64,000 nt of DNA from Eledone cirrhosa (GCA_964016885.1 OZ024740.1:278380001-278444000), one strand, 5' to 3'; positions 28,924-42,368 are shown, numbered from the stretch's first letter. Numbers and translations: made by a program. Notes: a model not told the origin generated them from the sequence alone.

Positions 28924-31124
28924 ATAATTCTTAAGCTTTGAATGTAAAATAAACAATAATGTTGATTTCTTATAACTCTGCCTTAAACCAGTTTCGAATA
29001 AAGGCGAATAGAAGTTACCAACTCGAGCACTGTTTTACTGGAGCTTGTACATTGTCGCTCGACCTGCTGGAAATAACTGTTAAGTCTACTTTAAATCCTA
29101 TCCTACCTTGAAAAAAAGATGGACACATTGGATAACGTGGCTATAGGAAAATATGCCTAATAATGTCATTGATCGGTGATTGTTCATCCGGGTTGATCTG
29201 AAGGTATACAACGGATTCTTATTTTATCTTGTAACTTAGTCGCAAAATACTACCTACCGTGAACAATCTATATTAATATATAAAAAAAAAACAATGTATG
29301 TCGGTGAGAAGTTATATCAAACGTGGTGATGGTGATGCTGATGGTGATGGTATAAAATCTAAACAACATATAACTGATGAATCTTGTAATTAATATTGAA
29401 TATTATTTAGCCGATGTTTTTTTTCTGCTTGCCATTTTATAACGATGTAACAAATGAGTAGAATAGTAAGTTTGCAGTAAAACGATTTCGTGACATGAGT
29501 TCTTGTTGAAAACACCAAAGAAATGTTTTAGTATTTTCATTTTATATAATTTGGGTTTTGGCAAAGGCTTAAGCATTCATTACTTTATATTATTATTATT
29601 ATTATTATTCTTTATCAATCTTGTGCTTTGCGTTTATGTGAGAAATAATTTTCGCCTATGTATGTTATATTTTATGCAATTGCTAGTCACAGTTGTTCTC
29701 CAACTGAATTCAAACTCACGTAAGACTTTCCAATCGCTTTCGGATAATGCTAAAAAGAAAAAGATAGATATTGTAAAAGTGTTCATAGTTTTGTTGTTGT
29801 TGTTGTTGTCTTATAATACAGATAGCTGCCAATTCTAAGAAGTGAAAACTTGTATCAAATCTGTCTGGTTTAGAAGAAATATCTGAATGGTAACATTACT
29901 CGATTACTAGTAAATGTAAGCTGGTTTGGCTGTGTGGTTAACTAACACATTTCGCAACAACATGGTTCTAGATTCTATCAACTTTGTTCCACCTTCAATA
30001 AGCGCAGATGTTACAACTTCAAATTATCCGATCATATCTTAATCATTTGTATACTTTCGGAGCAGCCGTGAATGAGTAATCGTATGATGAAAGGTATCTC
30101 AAAGGCATATTTTTCTAGAATTAAATTATCCAATAATCTCGAACTAACCAATATCTTTTGAATAGAATTTAGTAGACAGAAACAATACAGAAGCCCGTTT
30201 GTGTGTGTGTGTGTCTCAAACGACAGTCCTAGTTGCTTTTCATCTAGCAATATGTATGTATAAATCCATCAATCTTGATATATACAGTATTTGTGTGAAG
30301 AACATTCCGTGAAGTCTTCTGAGCAACTTCTGGAATAAACTATTTTAACAAATTTTTTTATTAAAAAAAAAAATGAACAAGAAGAATTAATTTTGTTCAG
30401 CTACTTCTTTCACTGCATGATTTGTTTACACTGTTTAGATATTTCCTTATTTACTTTTACTGGGTTCAGTCATGCTGGGGCATCTGAAAGGGTTTAGTTG
30501 ATCATATCAACCACAATACTTATTTTTTAAAAGTCTGGTACTTATTTTATCGATCCCTATCTCAAACTTCTAAATTACGGGATACAAACACACATCATCG
30601 GTTGTTAACCGGTGTCAATGTAAATACACCCAACAACGGATATACACACAAGTGTGTGCGTGCGTGTGTGTGTTTGTATGTGTTCTAATATAAATTAATC
30701 GCGTCGTACACAATCTGAAACAACGTGGGTATTACGCAAATTTATTAATCACACCAGCCATAAGTGCAAACAGATTATGTGTAAGATATTTCCTAGCTGA
30801 ATTCAACATCTTTAAAAAAACCTAGATTCTATCCAGAGTTGGAGATATAATCTGGCTAAAATAAAACTTGCAATATCAAAATTATCAGTTGTATAGTTAT
30901 AATCACTATTAGTTATATTATTATCAATAATATTATTAACTATAGTATTATCAATAATAATATGGACTATAGCATTATCTTTACAAACATCATTCTTTGC
31001 CCATTTCCCAGTACAAATACACGTACGTACACAAACGCATACATACGCATACAAATTCAAAATAAGAGATGTGATTGCACATTTGGGTATTGTGAGTAGA
31101 TATCCAATATTGAAAACTGTTATC

Positions 31125-31307
31125 ATGCTTCGTGGCATAGAGTTACGGACCTTTACATTCTGAGATCAAATCCCACCGAGGTTAGCTTTGCCTGTCATTC
31201 TTACGCAGTCGATAAAATAAAGCACCTGTAATGCACTGGGGGCGATTTAATCGACTTTCCCCTCCCCAAAAATTGCTGGCCTTGTGCCTATAGTAGAAAT
31301 CATTAAG

Positions 31308-31340
<33 letters not shown>
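31125..31340 (+). mobile_element. SINE family 1 (long variant) with expanded (ATT)n tail
   Basis: Consensus match; the tail abuts the Tx1 copy A 5' end. Confidence 0.85.
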
Positions 31341-31554
31341 GGCGACCTACGTAGTAAATCGTATCATCGTGAGCTCCGCAAAGGTTTGTTATTTTCAGTT
31401 GTTTAAAATTGCCATTCATGGAAAATTTTTATTGTTAACTGTATATAAGTGCACATACATTGTTATCTGAAAAGGACACCCAAAAAGATTGGGGCCTTGA
31501 GCCCAAAATTTAAACTTTTATAATTATCAAACAAAAAGTTTTCTTTGAAAAATC

Positions 31555-33435
31555 ATGGCTGACTCAGAGTCACTCCTTTCTCACAAACTAACACCTCACA
31601 CCGACACCACCATTGTAAATATTACTACGTTTGCCAACACTAAAAATATAAGCAGTAGCAATATTTTTAATTTGTCTCAGGTAGACATTCATTTCCCGCC
31701 ATTACCAATGACTGCAGGTTTTAAAGCCGCCACCACCACCACCACCGCGACAACCCCCACCCCCACCACCACCACGACAACAGAAACAAAAGAAAAAAAT
31801 AAATTAACTCATGATATCGAAATGAACTCTTCCACACCGAACACCACTGACGCCACCACCACCACAACTGAAGCTAAAATTAATAATAACAAAAATAACG
31901 ATAACAACAACAGCAACAATGACATTAAGAAAACCACCCTGAGTTTTGCCAGAGTAGCAAAACAGTGCGAAGCATTTCAGGTAACTCAGGAGGAATTAGA
32001 AGAAGCCAAAAAAATGGTAAAGAAAGATGGGTACAGGGGCAGCCTCACCCCCCCCCCCCTAATAAAATGGACCATCGGCGCCTATGCACCATGTTTATCG
32101 AACAATTAATATAAAATCGCGCCGAGTGGAACGGGCATACGAGGCCCAAATCCAAAAAGCTTTGGGACATGTGTGGGAAAAAAAAAAACCACATCAGACG
32201 TGGGCAGATATATGGAATCGTGGACGTGTTCTTTGAAACACCACAGGAGGCTAGAGAACACTCCATGGCCCCATTAAGAAGTGACGCTTCACACTCGTCC
32301 CAAGCTATTGTGGCCAGAGACTCGTAAAGATCAGGGTGACCCACGTTCCACCGGCCATCGAAATTCCCTGGCTAATAACTGCCGTCCTTGCCGGCATCGA
32401 AGCCAACACCGAGATAATCGAAATAGCGAAAGAAAAGCAGGAGAACTGGTCCGGATCTGGGATGGAGCTCCTGATCCAAGCGGACCAAAAAACATTGAGG
32501 AGATCCCAGAGGTAATAGACCTCAATGACCGCAGCCACCTCACCGTAATTGTCGAGGGCAAAAGGCCTAGGTGTGTCGTTTGTGGTGAAGGAACCCACCT
32601 AAGGGCTTTCTGCCCTCAGGCTAAAAGGTTGAGGCCATCTCTCCTACCCACCCGAGTGACTCAACCATCAACACCACCAGCAGCAGAGATGGCAGCAACA
32701 ACTGTAGCAGCAACAACAGAAGCAACTGTAACAGCAACAACCCCAGCAACAGTAGCAAAACCAACACCACCACCACCACCCAACGCGCCAGAACTAGCAC
32801 CAGCGCCTACATCATCCACCACGCCACAACCAAAACTAACGGCTGTGGAGGATTTTCCACTCCGCGGCCTATCACAACTGGAGACAGATTGTGACGACGA
32901 GGAGTGGGAAACGGTATCAGGAAAAAAAGAAAAAAGAAAAACAAAAAAGAAAACATTCTCTTCCCTCTCCCTCCAAAAACAAAATACAGAGGAAAACAAA
33001 TAAACTATCAAACAAAAAAGTTAGGACAGATATGCCACCATCCACACCAGCATCACCAACCCCATCACCACAAACACCAACACCATCACCATCATTAACC
33101 CCAACACCACCATCACCAACACCACAAAAGTCACCAAAAAGCGAAACAGAAACAAACCCACAACAAACGCAAACAAAACAAAACAACCAAAACGATACAC
33201 ACTACACGGCATTAAATTATGACACTACATCCAACACAACACCAGCATCACAGAAAAAGAATACACAACAACCCAAAAGTTCACACCACCTCCACACATA
33301 GAAATCACTCGCATCACACAGAAAACCTAGATAACACCAAAACAAAAATTTCCCAAAGACATCGGAGACTTCCGACAAGCACTCTCCAGGAGGATTTATA
33401 AGGACATCCTTCCTGAGGAGGCCACAAGCAGTAAA
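31555..33435 (+). pseudogene. Tx1 ORF1, copy A (frameshifted)
   Basis: SFARVA, VEGKRPRCVVCGEGTHLRAFC (CCHC knuckle), EEWETV, Pro/Thr-rich region. Confidence 0.85.
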
Positions 33436-33511
33436 AAGGATGGAGAAACCGTCCTTCCTCTACGAGAAGCAAGATAAGTGGTCTTTCCCATCTTTTCCAC
33501 TCCATTTCAAC

Positions 33512-35863
33512 ATGACCTCACTCAGAATAGGCAGCATAAATGCGCGTGGCTTGGGGTCGTCATGGAAGCAGGGCCACCTGCTCAACGACCTCAGATCACT
33601 AAACATAGATGTAGGAGCCATCAGCGAGACTAGAATCTCCGAAGCACGGGCCTTCGCTCCGATCTTCGGCGGCTACGATGTGTACGCATCTCCCAGCCGT
33701 CCGGGATCGGCGGGAGGAGTTGCTGTGCTTTTTCGGAGAGGTTTGGATCTCGCCATACGGGCCATCTTCCTGGACCCAGAAGGTAAGTTGGTGGTGCTGG
33801 ACGTGACCAGCGGAGAAGGGCAAGCTTTCAGGCTAGTGGCCGTCTATGCCCCGACAGGAGCAGGGCGGCCTGATTTCTTCCGGCGTCTGGAGACCTTTCT
33901 TGGAACGTCCCGCTCTTTAGTGTTAGTGGGCGACTGGAACGGGATCTTAGATGCACGCTGGGACTGTGTGGGATTAGCGGTTAGGGGAGGAGGGTGCAAG
34001 AGTCTCACCAACCTGCTCAGGCGTTTTGAACTGTCTGACAGGTACCGATTGGATTTTCCGAATGTGCCAATGTGGACTTGGACAAATCGCATAGGATCAT
34101 CCAGATCATATCTAGATAGAGTATTTTGTAGGGAAATAGATAGGTCTAGCATAGGCTGTCCACAATTCAAGATAGTCAGCTACACGGACCAGAATTCAAT
34201 GATCAATTTAGATCAGTCGAAAGCTTTCGATAGGGTCGACCATCGTTACCTAGCGGCAGTACTGAGGGCGGCTAGCTTTGGGCCCGTCTTCAGAGGCTGG
34301 ATCGCTGCCATGCACAGCGACATCTGCTCTGTGGTGAGAGTGAACGGTCACCTTTGGGAACCGTTAAACATCATGCGCTCGGTCCGCCAAGGATGTCCTC
34401 TCTCGTCCCTATTATACGTATTGACTCTCGAGCCATTACTGCACAAACTGGAGACGTTGAGGGGGGTCCCGCGCGAACTAGGATGCGGAAGATCCGTGTC
34501 AGCATATGCGGACGATGTCACCGTAGTGGTGTCGAACGCCAAACACATCGAGGCGATCGGCACTACACTAAGAGAATACGAAGCGGTGACAGGAGCAATG
34601 ATCAACCAGGAAAAGTCAGTGGGCCTGCAGTTCGGCACCTGGAGAGGCAGGTCCAACAGCGTCGTCGGGCTCTGGACGGACGGACCGGTTAAATTGCTAG
34701 GGGTCTGGTTCGGTCCGGACCTCCAGACGGACAAAAACTGGGACGATGTGACGAGCAGGGTGGCTTCTCTCACCCAGAAATGGGCGGAGAGAAAGCTATC
34801 CTTGAAAGGTCGAGCGGAGGTGGCTAACGCGTACATCGCGTCCGTCATCTACTACCGCCTGACCGTCGTACCTTGTCCTAAGCCCCGCCTGACTGCGCTG
34901 GAGCGTTTGCTCTTTCGCTTTTTGCGGAAGGGACGCGCTCCGATGGTCAGGCGGTCCATCTGCTGTCAACACCCGCTACCTGGAGGGCTGGGCATGCCGT
35001 GGTTGATGATGCGCAGACACGCGCTCAGGCTACGACATCTCCACCTCTTCCTCGACGGTGATCAGGTGTGGTCACCGTTTGCTAAACACGTCTTTCCCCA
35101 GATCGTCTACTTGACGGAGCTGCAGTCCTGGGTCAAGCGAAGACCGAGAGGGAGCGCTTGGAGACTGGAATGTCTTCAGGCGCTCACAGCCCTCGACCAA
35201 TCGGGCAATGTGATCGGTGGAAACTCCACCTTGGCGTTCTATAGAGGATTAGTGGAGGGGAAGAGCGACGACGTACTTGGAGAAACTCTAGGCGTCGACG
35301 AAAATCAACTAGCCAATCTCTTCGGAAGGACTTTCGGGCCGGGGCCTATGGACAACTTCCAGAAATCCCTGGCCTGGCAGTGCTACCGAGGAGCTTTGCC
35401 AGTTCGGGATAAACTCTACAGGCATGGAGGTGCCGTCAGTCGGGCATGTCCGAGATGCGCGCAGGGCGACGAAACCGTCCTGCACGCACTCGTCCAGTGT
35501 CCGAGTATTGCTGACTTGTGGGTTTATGTCGGACACCTGCTGTCACGTGTAGGACGGATCCAACTATCAACTGAGTCCATCGTGAGGATTGCCCCGCCCT
35601 CTTCCTTTAGCCGGGAAGGGCAGGGAGTTTTTATCTGTCTGGTGGCCATGGCGAAAGAGATAGTATGGTGGACACGTTTGAAAGGGCTGAAGACGAGCAC
35701 TTACCTCTTTGGTGATGCCCTGATTAACTTTTTCAAATTTCATTTGAAAAGGAAAATCAGGGTAGAGAGGGAAGTGCTCTCTTCCCAGCATTTTGTTGAA
35801 AGATGGGTGAGAGAGGCAAGTATGACCCGAGTGAATGGGCCTACTCTGAGTATCTGTCTGTAA
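33512..35863 (+). CDS. Tx1 ORF2, copy A, open but with an in-frame ~1.06-kb deletion (EN end, linker and first RT motifs lost)
   Basis: MTSLRIGSINARGL...SYTD|QNSM|INLDQSKAFDRV...YADD...CPRC; otherwise nearly identical to 42917-46336. Confidence 0.85.
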   Translation: MTSLRIGSINARGLGSSWKQGHLLNDLRSLNIDVGAISETRISEARAFAPIFGGYDVYASPSRPGSAGGVAVLFRRGLDLAIRAIFLDPEGKLVVLDVTSGEGQAFRLVAVYAPTGAGRPDFFRRLETFLGTSRSLVLVGDWNGILDARWDCVGLAVRGGGCKSLTNLLRRFELSDRYRLDFPNVPMWTWTNRIGSSRSYLDRVFCREIDRSSIGCPQFKIVSYTDQNSMINLDQSKAFDRVDHRYLAAVLRAASFGPVFRGWIAAMHSDICSVVRVNGHLWEPLNIMRSVRQGCPLSSLLYVLTLEPLLHKLETLRGVPRELGCGRSVSAYADDVTVVVSNAKHIEAIGTTLREYEAVTGAMINQEKSVGLQFGTWRGRSNSVVGLWTDGPVKLLGVWFGPDLQTDKNWDDVTSRVASLTQKWAERKLSLKGRAEVANAYIASVIYYRLTVVPCPKPRLTALERLLFRFLRKGRAPMVRRSICCQHPLPGGLGMPWLMMRRHALRLRHLHLFLDGDQVWSPFAKHVFPQIVYLTELQSWVKRRPRGSAWRLECLQALTALDQSGNVIGGNSTLAFYRGLVEGKSDDVLGETLGVDENQLANLFGRTFGPGPMDNFQKSLAWQCYRGALPVRDKLYRHGGAVSRACPRCAQGDETVLHALVQCPSIADLWVYVGHLLSRVGRIQLSTESIVRIAPPSSFSREGQGVFICLVAMAKEIVWWTRLKGLKTSTYLFGDALINFFKFHLKRKIRVEREVLSSQHFVERWVREASMTRVNGPTLSICL

Positions 35864-36131
35864 ATTAAAGGTGGAAAACTGGGAGAGGGCACTTGCCCTG
35901 GTGGTCAGGGTCACTGTGGCCTTTTAATGGGCTTTCTCCACAAATGTCCCTCGGATGTCTCCCCCCTATTGGGGAATTTTTCATTGTTATTTTTGATTAC
36001 ATCCTCTGTTTTTTTACACGCAGAAATGCCCATTTCTACCGTCCTGTATTGTCCTGTACTGTCCTTAATGTCTACTTTATGTAAACCCTTGTGGTTAATA
36101 AAGAAAGCATTATTATTATTATTATTATTAT

Positions 36132-36675
36132 CAGCTGAGTCCATCGTGAGGATTTCCCCGCCCTCTTCCTTTAGCCGGGAAGGGCAGGCAATTTTTATCT
36201 GTCTGGTGGCCATGGCGAAAGAGATAGTATGGTGGACACGTTTGAAAGGGCTGAAGACGAGCACTTACCTCTTCGGTAATGCCCTGATTAACTTTTTCAA
36301 ATTTCATTTGAAAAGGAAAATCAGGGTAGAGAGGGAAGTGCTCTCTTCCCAGCATTTTGTTGAAAGAAGGGTGAGAGAGGCAAGTATGTCTCTGTAAATT
36401 AAAGGTGGCAAACTGGGAGAGAGCACTTGCCCTGGTGGTCAGGGTCACTGTGGCTTTTTAAAGGGCTTTCTCCACGAATGTCCCTCGGAAGTCTCCCCCC
36501 CCTATTGGGGAATTTTTCATTGTTATTTTTTTTGTTACAACCTCTGTTTTTGTTTTTTACACGCAGAAATGCCCATTTGTACCGTCCTGTATTGTCCTGT
36601 ACTGTCCTTAATGTCTACTTTATGTAAACCCTTGTGGTTAATAAAGAAAGCATTATTATTATTATTATTATTATT
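36132..36675 (+). mobile_element. Tx1 copy B, 5'-truncated, inserted in the (ATT)n tail of copy A
   Basis: Repeats 35568-36130 with substitutions and a small deletion; has its own (ATT)n tail. Confidence 0.92.
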
Positions 36676-38800
36676 GTGGAAGTATACACGTCGCAGGAAA
36701 TTTTGTTCCCGTAAGTTTGTGATTTTTGAACAGTTTTTATTGCGAACTTAGTGTAAAAAATTATATTGTTTTGTGTTTAAACAGACATCGCTTCTTTTGA
36801 AGTGGTCGAAATTAATCGGTATTTAGTCCTTCGGGGCTAAATTCCAATTTAAACTTTGCATTTAGCAAATACGTCCCGCCAAAAAAAGAAACAAAAAAAA
36901 AAATGGCGTCATCCAAAAAATCTATTTCTCTGCCATGTTTCTACACAAAAATTACCCATTCAGCAAGGTATCCTTCTCAACCTTCTCTTTCTTCGCCTAG
37001 CGTGGAGTCTCGCTTTCTTTTTTGTCTTCTTCATTGTCACATAGTGAAAGTCAGGCAAGGATCTTTTCATTCTCTTCTTCATCAAGCGACGGTCGAGAAG
37101 CGGCTGCTGCTGATGCATTTGACAACAAAGGAGGTAGCAGCAGCAGCAGCGGCAGTATTAACAATAACACTTGTGGTAGCAGCAGCAGCAGCAGCAGCGG
37201 CAGTATTAACAATAACACCTGTGGTAGCAGTAGCAGCAGTAGCAGCAGCAGCGGCAGTATTAACAATAACACCTGTGGTAGCAGTAGCAGCAGTAGCAGC
37301 AGCAGCGGCAGTATTAACAATAACACCTGTGGTAGCAGTAGCAGTAGCAGCAGCAGCGGCAGTATTAACAATAACACCTGTGGTAGCAGTAACAACAGCA
37401 GCAGCAGCAGCAACACCAACAACACCGTTTGTAGCAGTGGCAACAACAACAGCAACAGCAACAAGATCAGTAGCCACAGTGGCGACGGCAACAATGATGC
37501 CACTGAAAAAGGGACCATCTCTTTTGCAAAGGTGGCTCGCAACGTAGAAACAGTCCTGGTCACCGAGGAGGAGATGGCGGTCGCAAGACACATGGTAACC
37601 AGAACTGAATTTTCAGTGTCCTTGAAACCACCAACCGACTTCCTGTAGGAACAAGAGCGACGCACAGTGTCGTACCGCACGATAGCCACGAAATCATGTC
37701 GTGTGGAGAAAGCCTCGGAGGCCCAAATCCAGAAGGCATTGGGAACTGTGTGGGCACGGAAAACCCACATCACCCATGGCAAGAAATATGCTACTAAGGA
37801 CGTCCTTTTTGCTACTACCCAGGAAGCAAAATCGCACTCACTGAGAGCCTTACGGAATGATGACATAACGTTAGTCCCGTTTTACTGCGGGAAAAAAATT
37901 GCAACGGTCAAGGTAGCCCAGATCCCGCCCTACGTACCTGTGCCTTGGTTGGTCGTGTCTGTTCTTGCGGGCATCGAAGATAGAACAACCATTCTGCAGG
38001 TACAGAAGTTGGAGAGAGAGGACTGGTCCGGTATTGGAATGGAGATGCTCATCCAGACCGACCAGGACTGCACCAGCGCTATTCCCGACGTAATAGACCT
38101 CGGGAATGGCTCCCAACTTCCTATATCTGTGGAAGGAAGGCGCCCAAAGTGCTTCAACTGTGGCTCGAAGTCTCACCTCAGGCCTTTCTCCCCACAAAAA
38201 ATAACAACGACCAAGGTACCCCTCCTTCCAACGCCGGAACCACTGCCACCAGAAACAGAGCAGTCAGCGGAAAAAAGTCGGGAGCTTCTACAGAGGGTAG
38301 GAGGACAACGTCCGTGGCACCCACACCAAAGCCACGGGAAACAAAAACAGCGACGGCAGCTGCAGCAACAGAAACAGTTGCACTAGCTGCACCTGTGCCA
38401 AGAACGGCAGACCAGGCTACACCACCACCACCGCCAACAACAAAGACAAATGAGAGAGAAGAACTCATACCCCTCACCGACCTCTCACAGTCGGACATGG
38501 AGTATGAGGCGGCTGAGGAGTGGAAAATGGTTGTCAACAAAAAGAACAAAGGCAAAAACACCACAGATTCTCCCTCCAAAAGCGAAGGCAAAGAAAGAAG
38601 GATAAAGACTGCAAGGAGACTTGTAGCAACACCACCACCATCACCATTACCACCACAAGCATCACCACCAACAACAACCACACCACCACCAGCATCACCA
38701 AAAACACCAACATCGCAAACACAACAAAACACACACACCCGACAGCAACAAGAAAACAGCAACAAAACGACCCCTCCCCCAAAAAATGACATTGCACACC
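36676..38800 (+). mobile_element. Tx1 copy C: 5'UTR + ORF1 only, 3'-truncated
   Basis: Starts right after the (ATT)n of copy B; SFAKVA, VEGRRPKCFNCGSKSH, EEWKMV. Confidence 0.88.
37135..37410 (+). repeat. ~50-bp coding minisatellite in ORF1 (Ser-run-GSINNNTCG x4-5)
   Basis: ggcagtattaacaataacacctgtggtagcag units. Confidence 0.9.
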
Positions 38801-38952
38801 AAGAATTAGAATTAGAATTTAGCTTTGAACACAGCTGTATACAAATATGCTTTTGTATTTCGTATTTCTAAAGAAATACGGCATGTTTATAAATAAACAT
38901 TTAGAAGGCCATAGATATGAAAAAAACTGGTAGCTAACGCCACCCAGCGCTG

Positions 38953-39291
38953 TCGGCAGAAGCAAGGGGGGGGGGGGGGGGGCAATCGTCGATGCATTTC
39001 GAACTCAACTGGTTCTCTTCAGCATGATCTCTTCCGCTATTGCAACTGCTGGACTTTGAAAACAGTCGAAAATATATAGTTTTTTCGTCTGTGTAAATGA
39101 GGTGATTAATCTCATTTGCATATGAAGCTCTATAAGTTGGCTCAACTTATAATAGAATTTACACAGACGAAAAAACTATATATTTTCGCATGTTTTCAAA
39201 GTCCAGCAGTTGCAAGAGTGGGAGAGATCGATCTGCCGAGAACCATTTGAGTTCGAAATGCTTCGAGGATTGTCCCCCTTGCTTCTGCCGG
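38953..39291. repeat. Inverted-repeat cassette with a hammerhead-like core (38985-39028, minus)
   Basis: Arms 38953-39098 and 39157-39291; minus strand CTGAAGA gaac..gttc GAAA tgca TC; stem I is degenerate. Confidence 0.65.
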
Positions 39292-39322
<31 letters not shown>

Positions 39323-39344
39323 GTAAAATTCTAAGTCTAATAGT

Positions 39345-39533
39345 AATAATTGTTTCTACTTTTAGTACAAGGCCATCAAATACCTAGTGCATTACTGGTA
39401 CTTTATTTTATCGACTCCGTAAGGATGAAAGGCAAAATTAACCTTGGCGGGACTTGAACTCAGACCATAAAGGGCTGCAACTCTTTGCTATAAAGCATGG
39501 CATCAGACCCTCTACCGATGCTGCCAATCCACT
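39345..39533 (-). mobile_element. SINE family 1 with ~18-bp target-site duplication
   Basis: aagtctaatagtaataat occurs at both ends (~39333 and ~39537). Confidence 0.9.
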
Positions 39534-40599
39534 ACCAAGTCTAATAGTAATAATAAGCATGTTTTTTGACGCCCAACCAATAATGTGAATTCATTGCCCT
39601 TATAATAATAATAATGGTTTCTGAAGGCCAGCAATTTTGGGGGAGGGAAAATCGATTAAATCACCCACCCACAGTGCGTGACTGGTACTTTATTTTATCG
39701 AACCCCAGAAAACGAAAGCAAATATCTGCTGTCAATCATATCAACAACATTTTAGAGGCATGGCATAGTTGAATGCATAAACCTCAGTACATGACAGGTA
39801 TATATTTCGAATACCGAGAGAATGATAAGAAAGCCATGTTAACTTTGTTGGCATTTGAACCTTGAAGATAGAAGAAATCAGATACTGATTTCTAATATTA
39901 GTGCTCGAACAGCAGCAACAAATAAATATTGAATGAGCGAATAGCAAACATATGTACGTGGTCACTCGATTTGCAAGGAATAGCAACCAAATCTCCTTGA
40001 AATACCACCCAACCTTCTTATAAGCAGTGGCTAATCTAGTCTGTATTGTGAATTGAAAAACAAAACGGTGGGATGGTAACTGCATGACATTTATCATAGA
40101 TTTACCTGGGATTAAATGATAATAACAAAAGCAGAAACATCAGCAACAACACCAGCAACAGTAACTGCAATAACATCAGCAGCTAAATACAGAAAGGCAT
40201 TTATTCCAACGTTGTATTGTATTTGCCACTTCACTGCTTTTAAAATCGCCATAAACCGACATTTCTAGCGTTAACAATAATAACGATGATGTAACTTCCT
40301 TTGAGTGAATATTATGCATTAAGAGTAAGTTTGTAATAAGTGTAAAACTATAAACGCATTCACTCAGAATTAAGTGATTTCAGCAATTCCAGCACTTCAC
40401 TGCCTTTTGCTGAGAAATGGCGTGCATATTTTCCCACAAGAGATTTTTCTATTGTTAAAAGTGTGCAAACGATGATGAAAGGCTTCCAAATCGTTTTATA
40501 TTTGGCCCACACTTATAGAAGGATGACCATTTTCTGTCTTTTGAGCAATTCTAAAATCCCTCTTGTACTGTTAATGTTACTTTTAATTCAAAAGCTTTT

Positions 40600-42164
40600 C
40601 TCCGTGGTGGTGGTAGTGGAGCCCGCTCCGACGATTTTGCGGCGGTGTAGCTACTGCGACTGTTGGTGTTGCCGCCACTGCTGCCGCTGTTTTAGTTGTC
40701 CATGGCCTTGGTATGGGTGCCATGGACGTTGCCCTCCTATTCACCACGGAAGGGTCTTCTGCCTCTGTTGCCTGCGCTGCGCTTGGTAGCAGCGGATACG
40801 GCGTTGGAAGGAGGGGAGCTCTCTTCTTGGCTGTCTTCTGCGAGAAGAAGGTCCTGTGGTGACCCTTCTGCCCACAGAGATAGCACTTTGGACGCCTTCT
40901 CTCCACACTTAAAGGGAGCTGGAGTCCTTCTTCGAGGTCTATGATATCTGGGATGGCTTCGATGTATTCCTGGTCAGTTTGAATTAGCATTCGCATGCCT
41001 ATTCCTGGCCAGTTCTCTCTTCCCATTCTCTGTATTTGTAGTATGGTGGTCTTCTCCTCGATTCCAGCCAGTACAGACGCGGCCAGCCAAGGTATGGGCA
41101 CGTGGCTCGTGGGTCGTGGGTCACTTTGACCCTCACAATTTTCTGCCCGCAGTAGGAGGGCACCAAGACAATCTCCTCACTCTTTAGGGTTTCCAAAGAG
41201 TGAGACTTCGCTTCTTGGGGGGGGGGGCGAAATGTACGTCTACTGTGGCGTACTTTTTGCCTCAGGTGATGTGGGTTTTGTGCGCCCAGACGCACCCTCA
41301 GGCCTTTTGGATTTGAGCATCCGTGGATCTCTCCACCTGATGACCTGATGTGACATCTTGCTTACGGTGCGGTAAGTCACCGTGCTCAGCTGCTGGTCTT
41401 TGAAGAAATCGGGTGGAGGTTTCAGGGAAACTCTATTTTCATTCTTGCGACTGCCATCTCCTCCGTGACTAGCACTGTCTTTATATTTCGGGCCACACCT
41501 GCAAAAGAAGTGGCCCATTTTTCAGCGGCACCATTATTGCTGCCGCTACTGCTGCTACTGATCTTGTTATTGGTGATGTTGCTGTTACTATTGCTACAAA
41601 CGGTGTTGTTGCTGTTGTTGCTGTTATCACTGTAGTAGTTGGTTGTGTTTTTGGTGCCACCGTTGTTGTTGTTTTCGGTGCAATTTGTATTGTTGCTGTT
41701 GGTGTTGTCGTTGTTTATTTTCTTGTTAGTGGTGTTAATATCGTTGTTGCATTTGTTGTCATTTTTTTCTGTTGTCTGTATTTTGGTTGTCGTTGTTATT
41801 GTTGTAGTTGGTGTGGTAATGTTTTCAAAATTAGTGTTCTCGGTGTAGTTGTCTTTGTTCACGTTGTTTGTGGTGGTGTTTGTTGTATGTATTTCACTAA
41901 CCCTCCTCTCAACTTTTACGCCGTTGTCACACGACAGCAGACATATTGCTGGGAGGCGTGGCTCAGCCATGTTTTTTTTTGTTTTGTTTTCTTTTCAAAA
42001 GTAAAATGTTCAAATATTGTTCAAATATTTGGGCCAAAAGGCCCAAATATTATACTTTCCCCTCCACAGGGCAAAGTCCAAGGGCTTATATCCCTTACAC
42101 AACAAGAAAAATTTAACAACAAATAATTATAACAGGCAAATAAAGCGACTTACTGGGAGCGAGC
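40600..42164 (-). mobile_element. Tx1 copy D: 5'UTR + partial ORF1, 3'-truncated
   Basis: SFAGVA, VERRRPKCYLCGQKGH; the 5' end abuts the (ATT)n tail of the SINE at 42186-42368. Confidence 0.88.
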
Positions 42165-42185
42165 AATAATAATAAAAATAATAAT

Positions 42186-42368
42186 AATAATTGTTTCTAC
42201 TTTTGGCACAAGGCCAGCAATTTCCCAGTGCATTACTGGTACTTTATTTTATCGATCCCGTAAGGATGAAAGGCAGAGTTAACCTCGGCGGGATTTGAAC
42301 TCAGAATGGCAAAGACCGTAACTCTATGCGTCAAAGCATGGCGTCCGACCCTCTACCGATACTGCCAA
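42186..42368 (-). mobile_element. SINE family 1 flanked by (AAT)n on both sides
   Basis: Consensus match; aat runs at 42165-42190 and 42367-42384. Confidence 0.92.

Larger units (their letters stand above)
31341..36131 (+). mobile_element. Tx1-clade retrotransposon, copy A, in (ATT)n
   Basis: 5'UTR, frameshifted ORF1, internally deleted ORF2, 3'UTR ending cccttgtggttaataaagaaagc(att)n. Confidence 0.95.

Noticed and set aside
37135-37410. Repeat-spacer pattern resembling a CRISPR array
   Set aside because: The spacers are AGC runs rather than unique sequence; this is a coding minisatellite in ORF1 in a eukaryotic context
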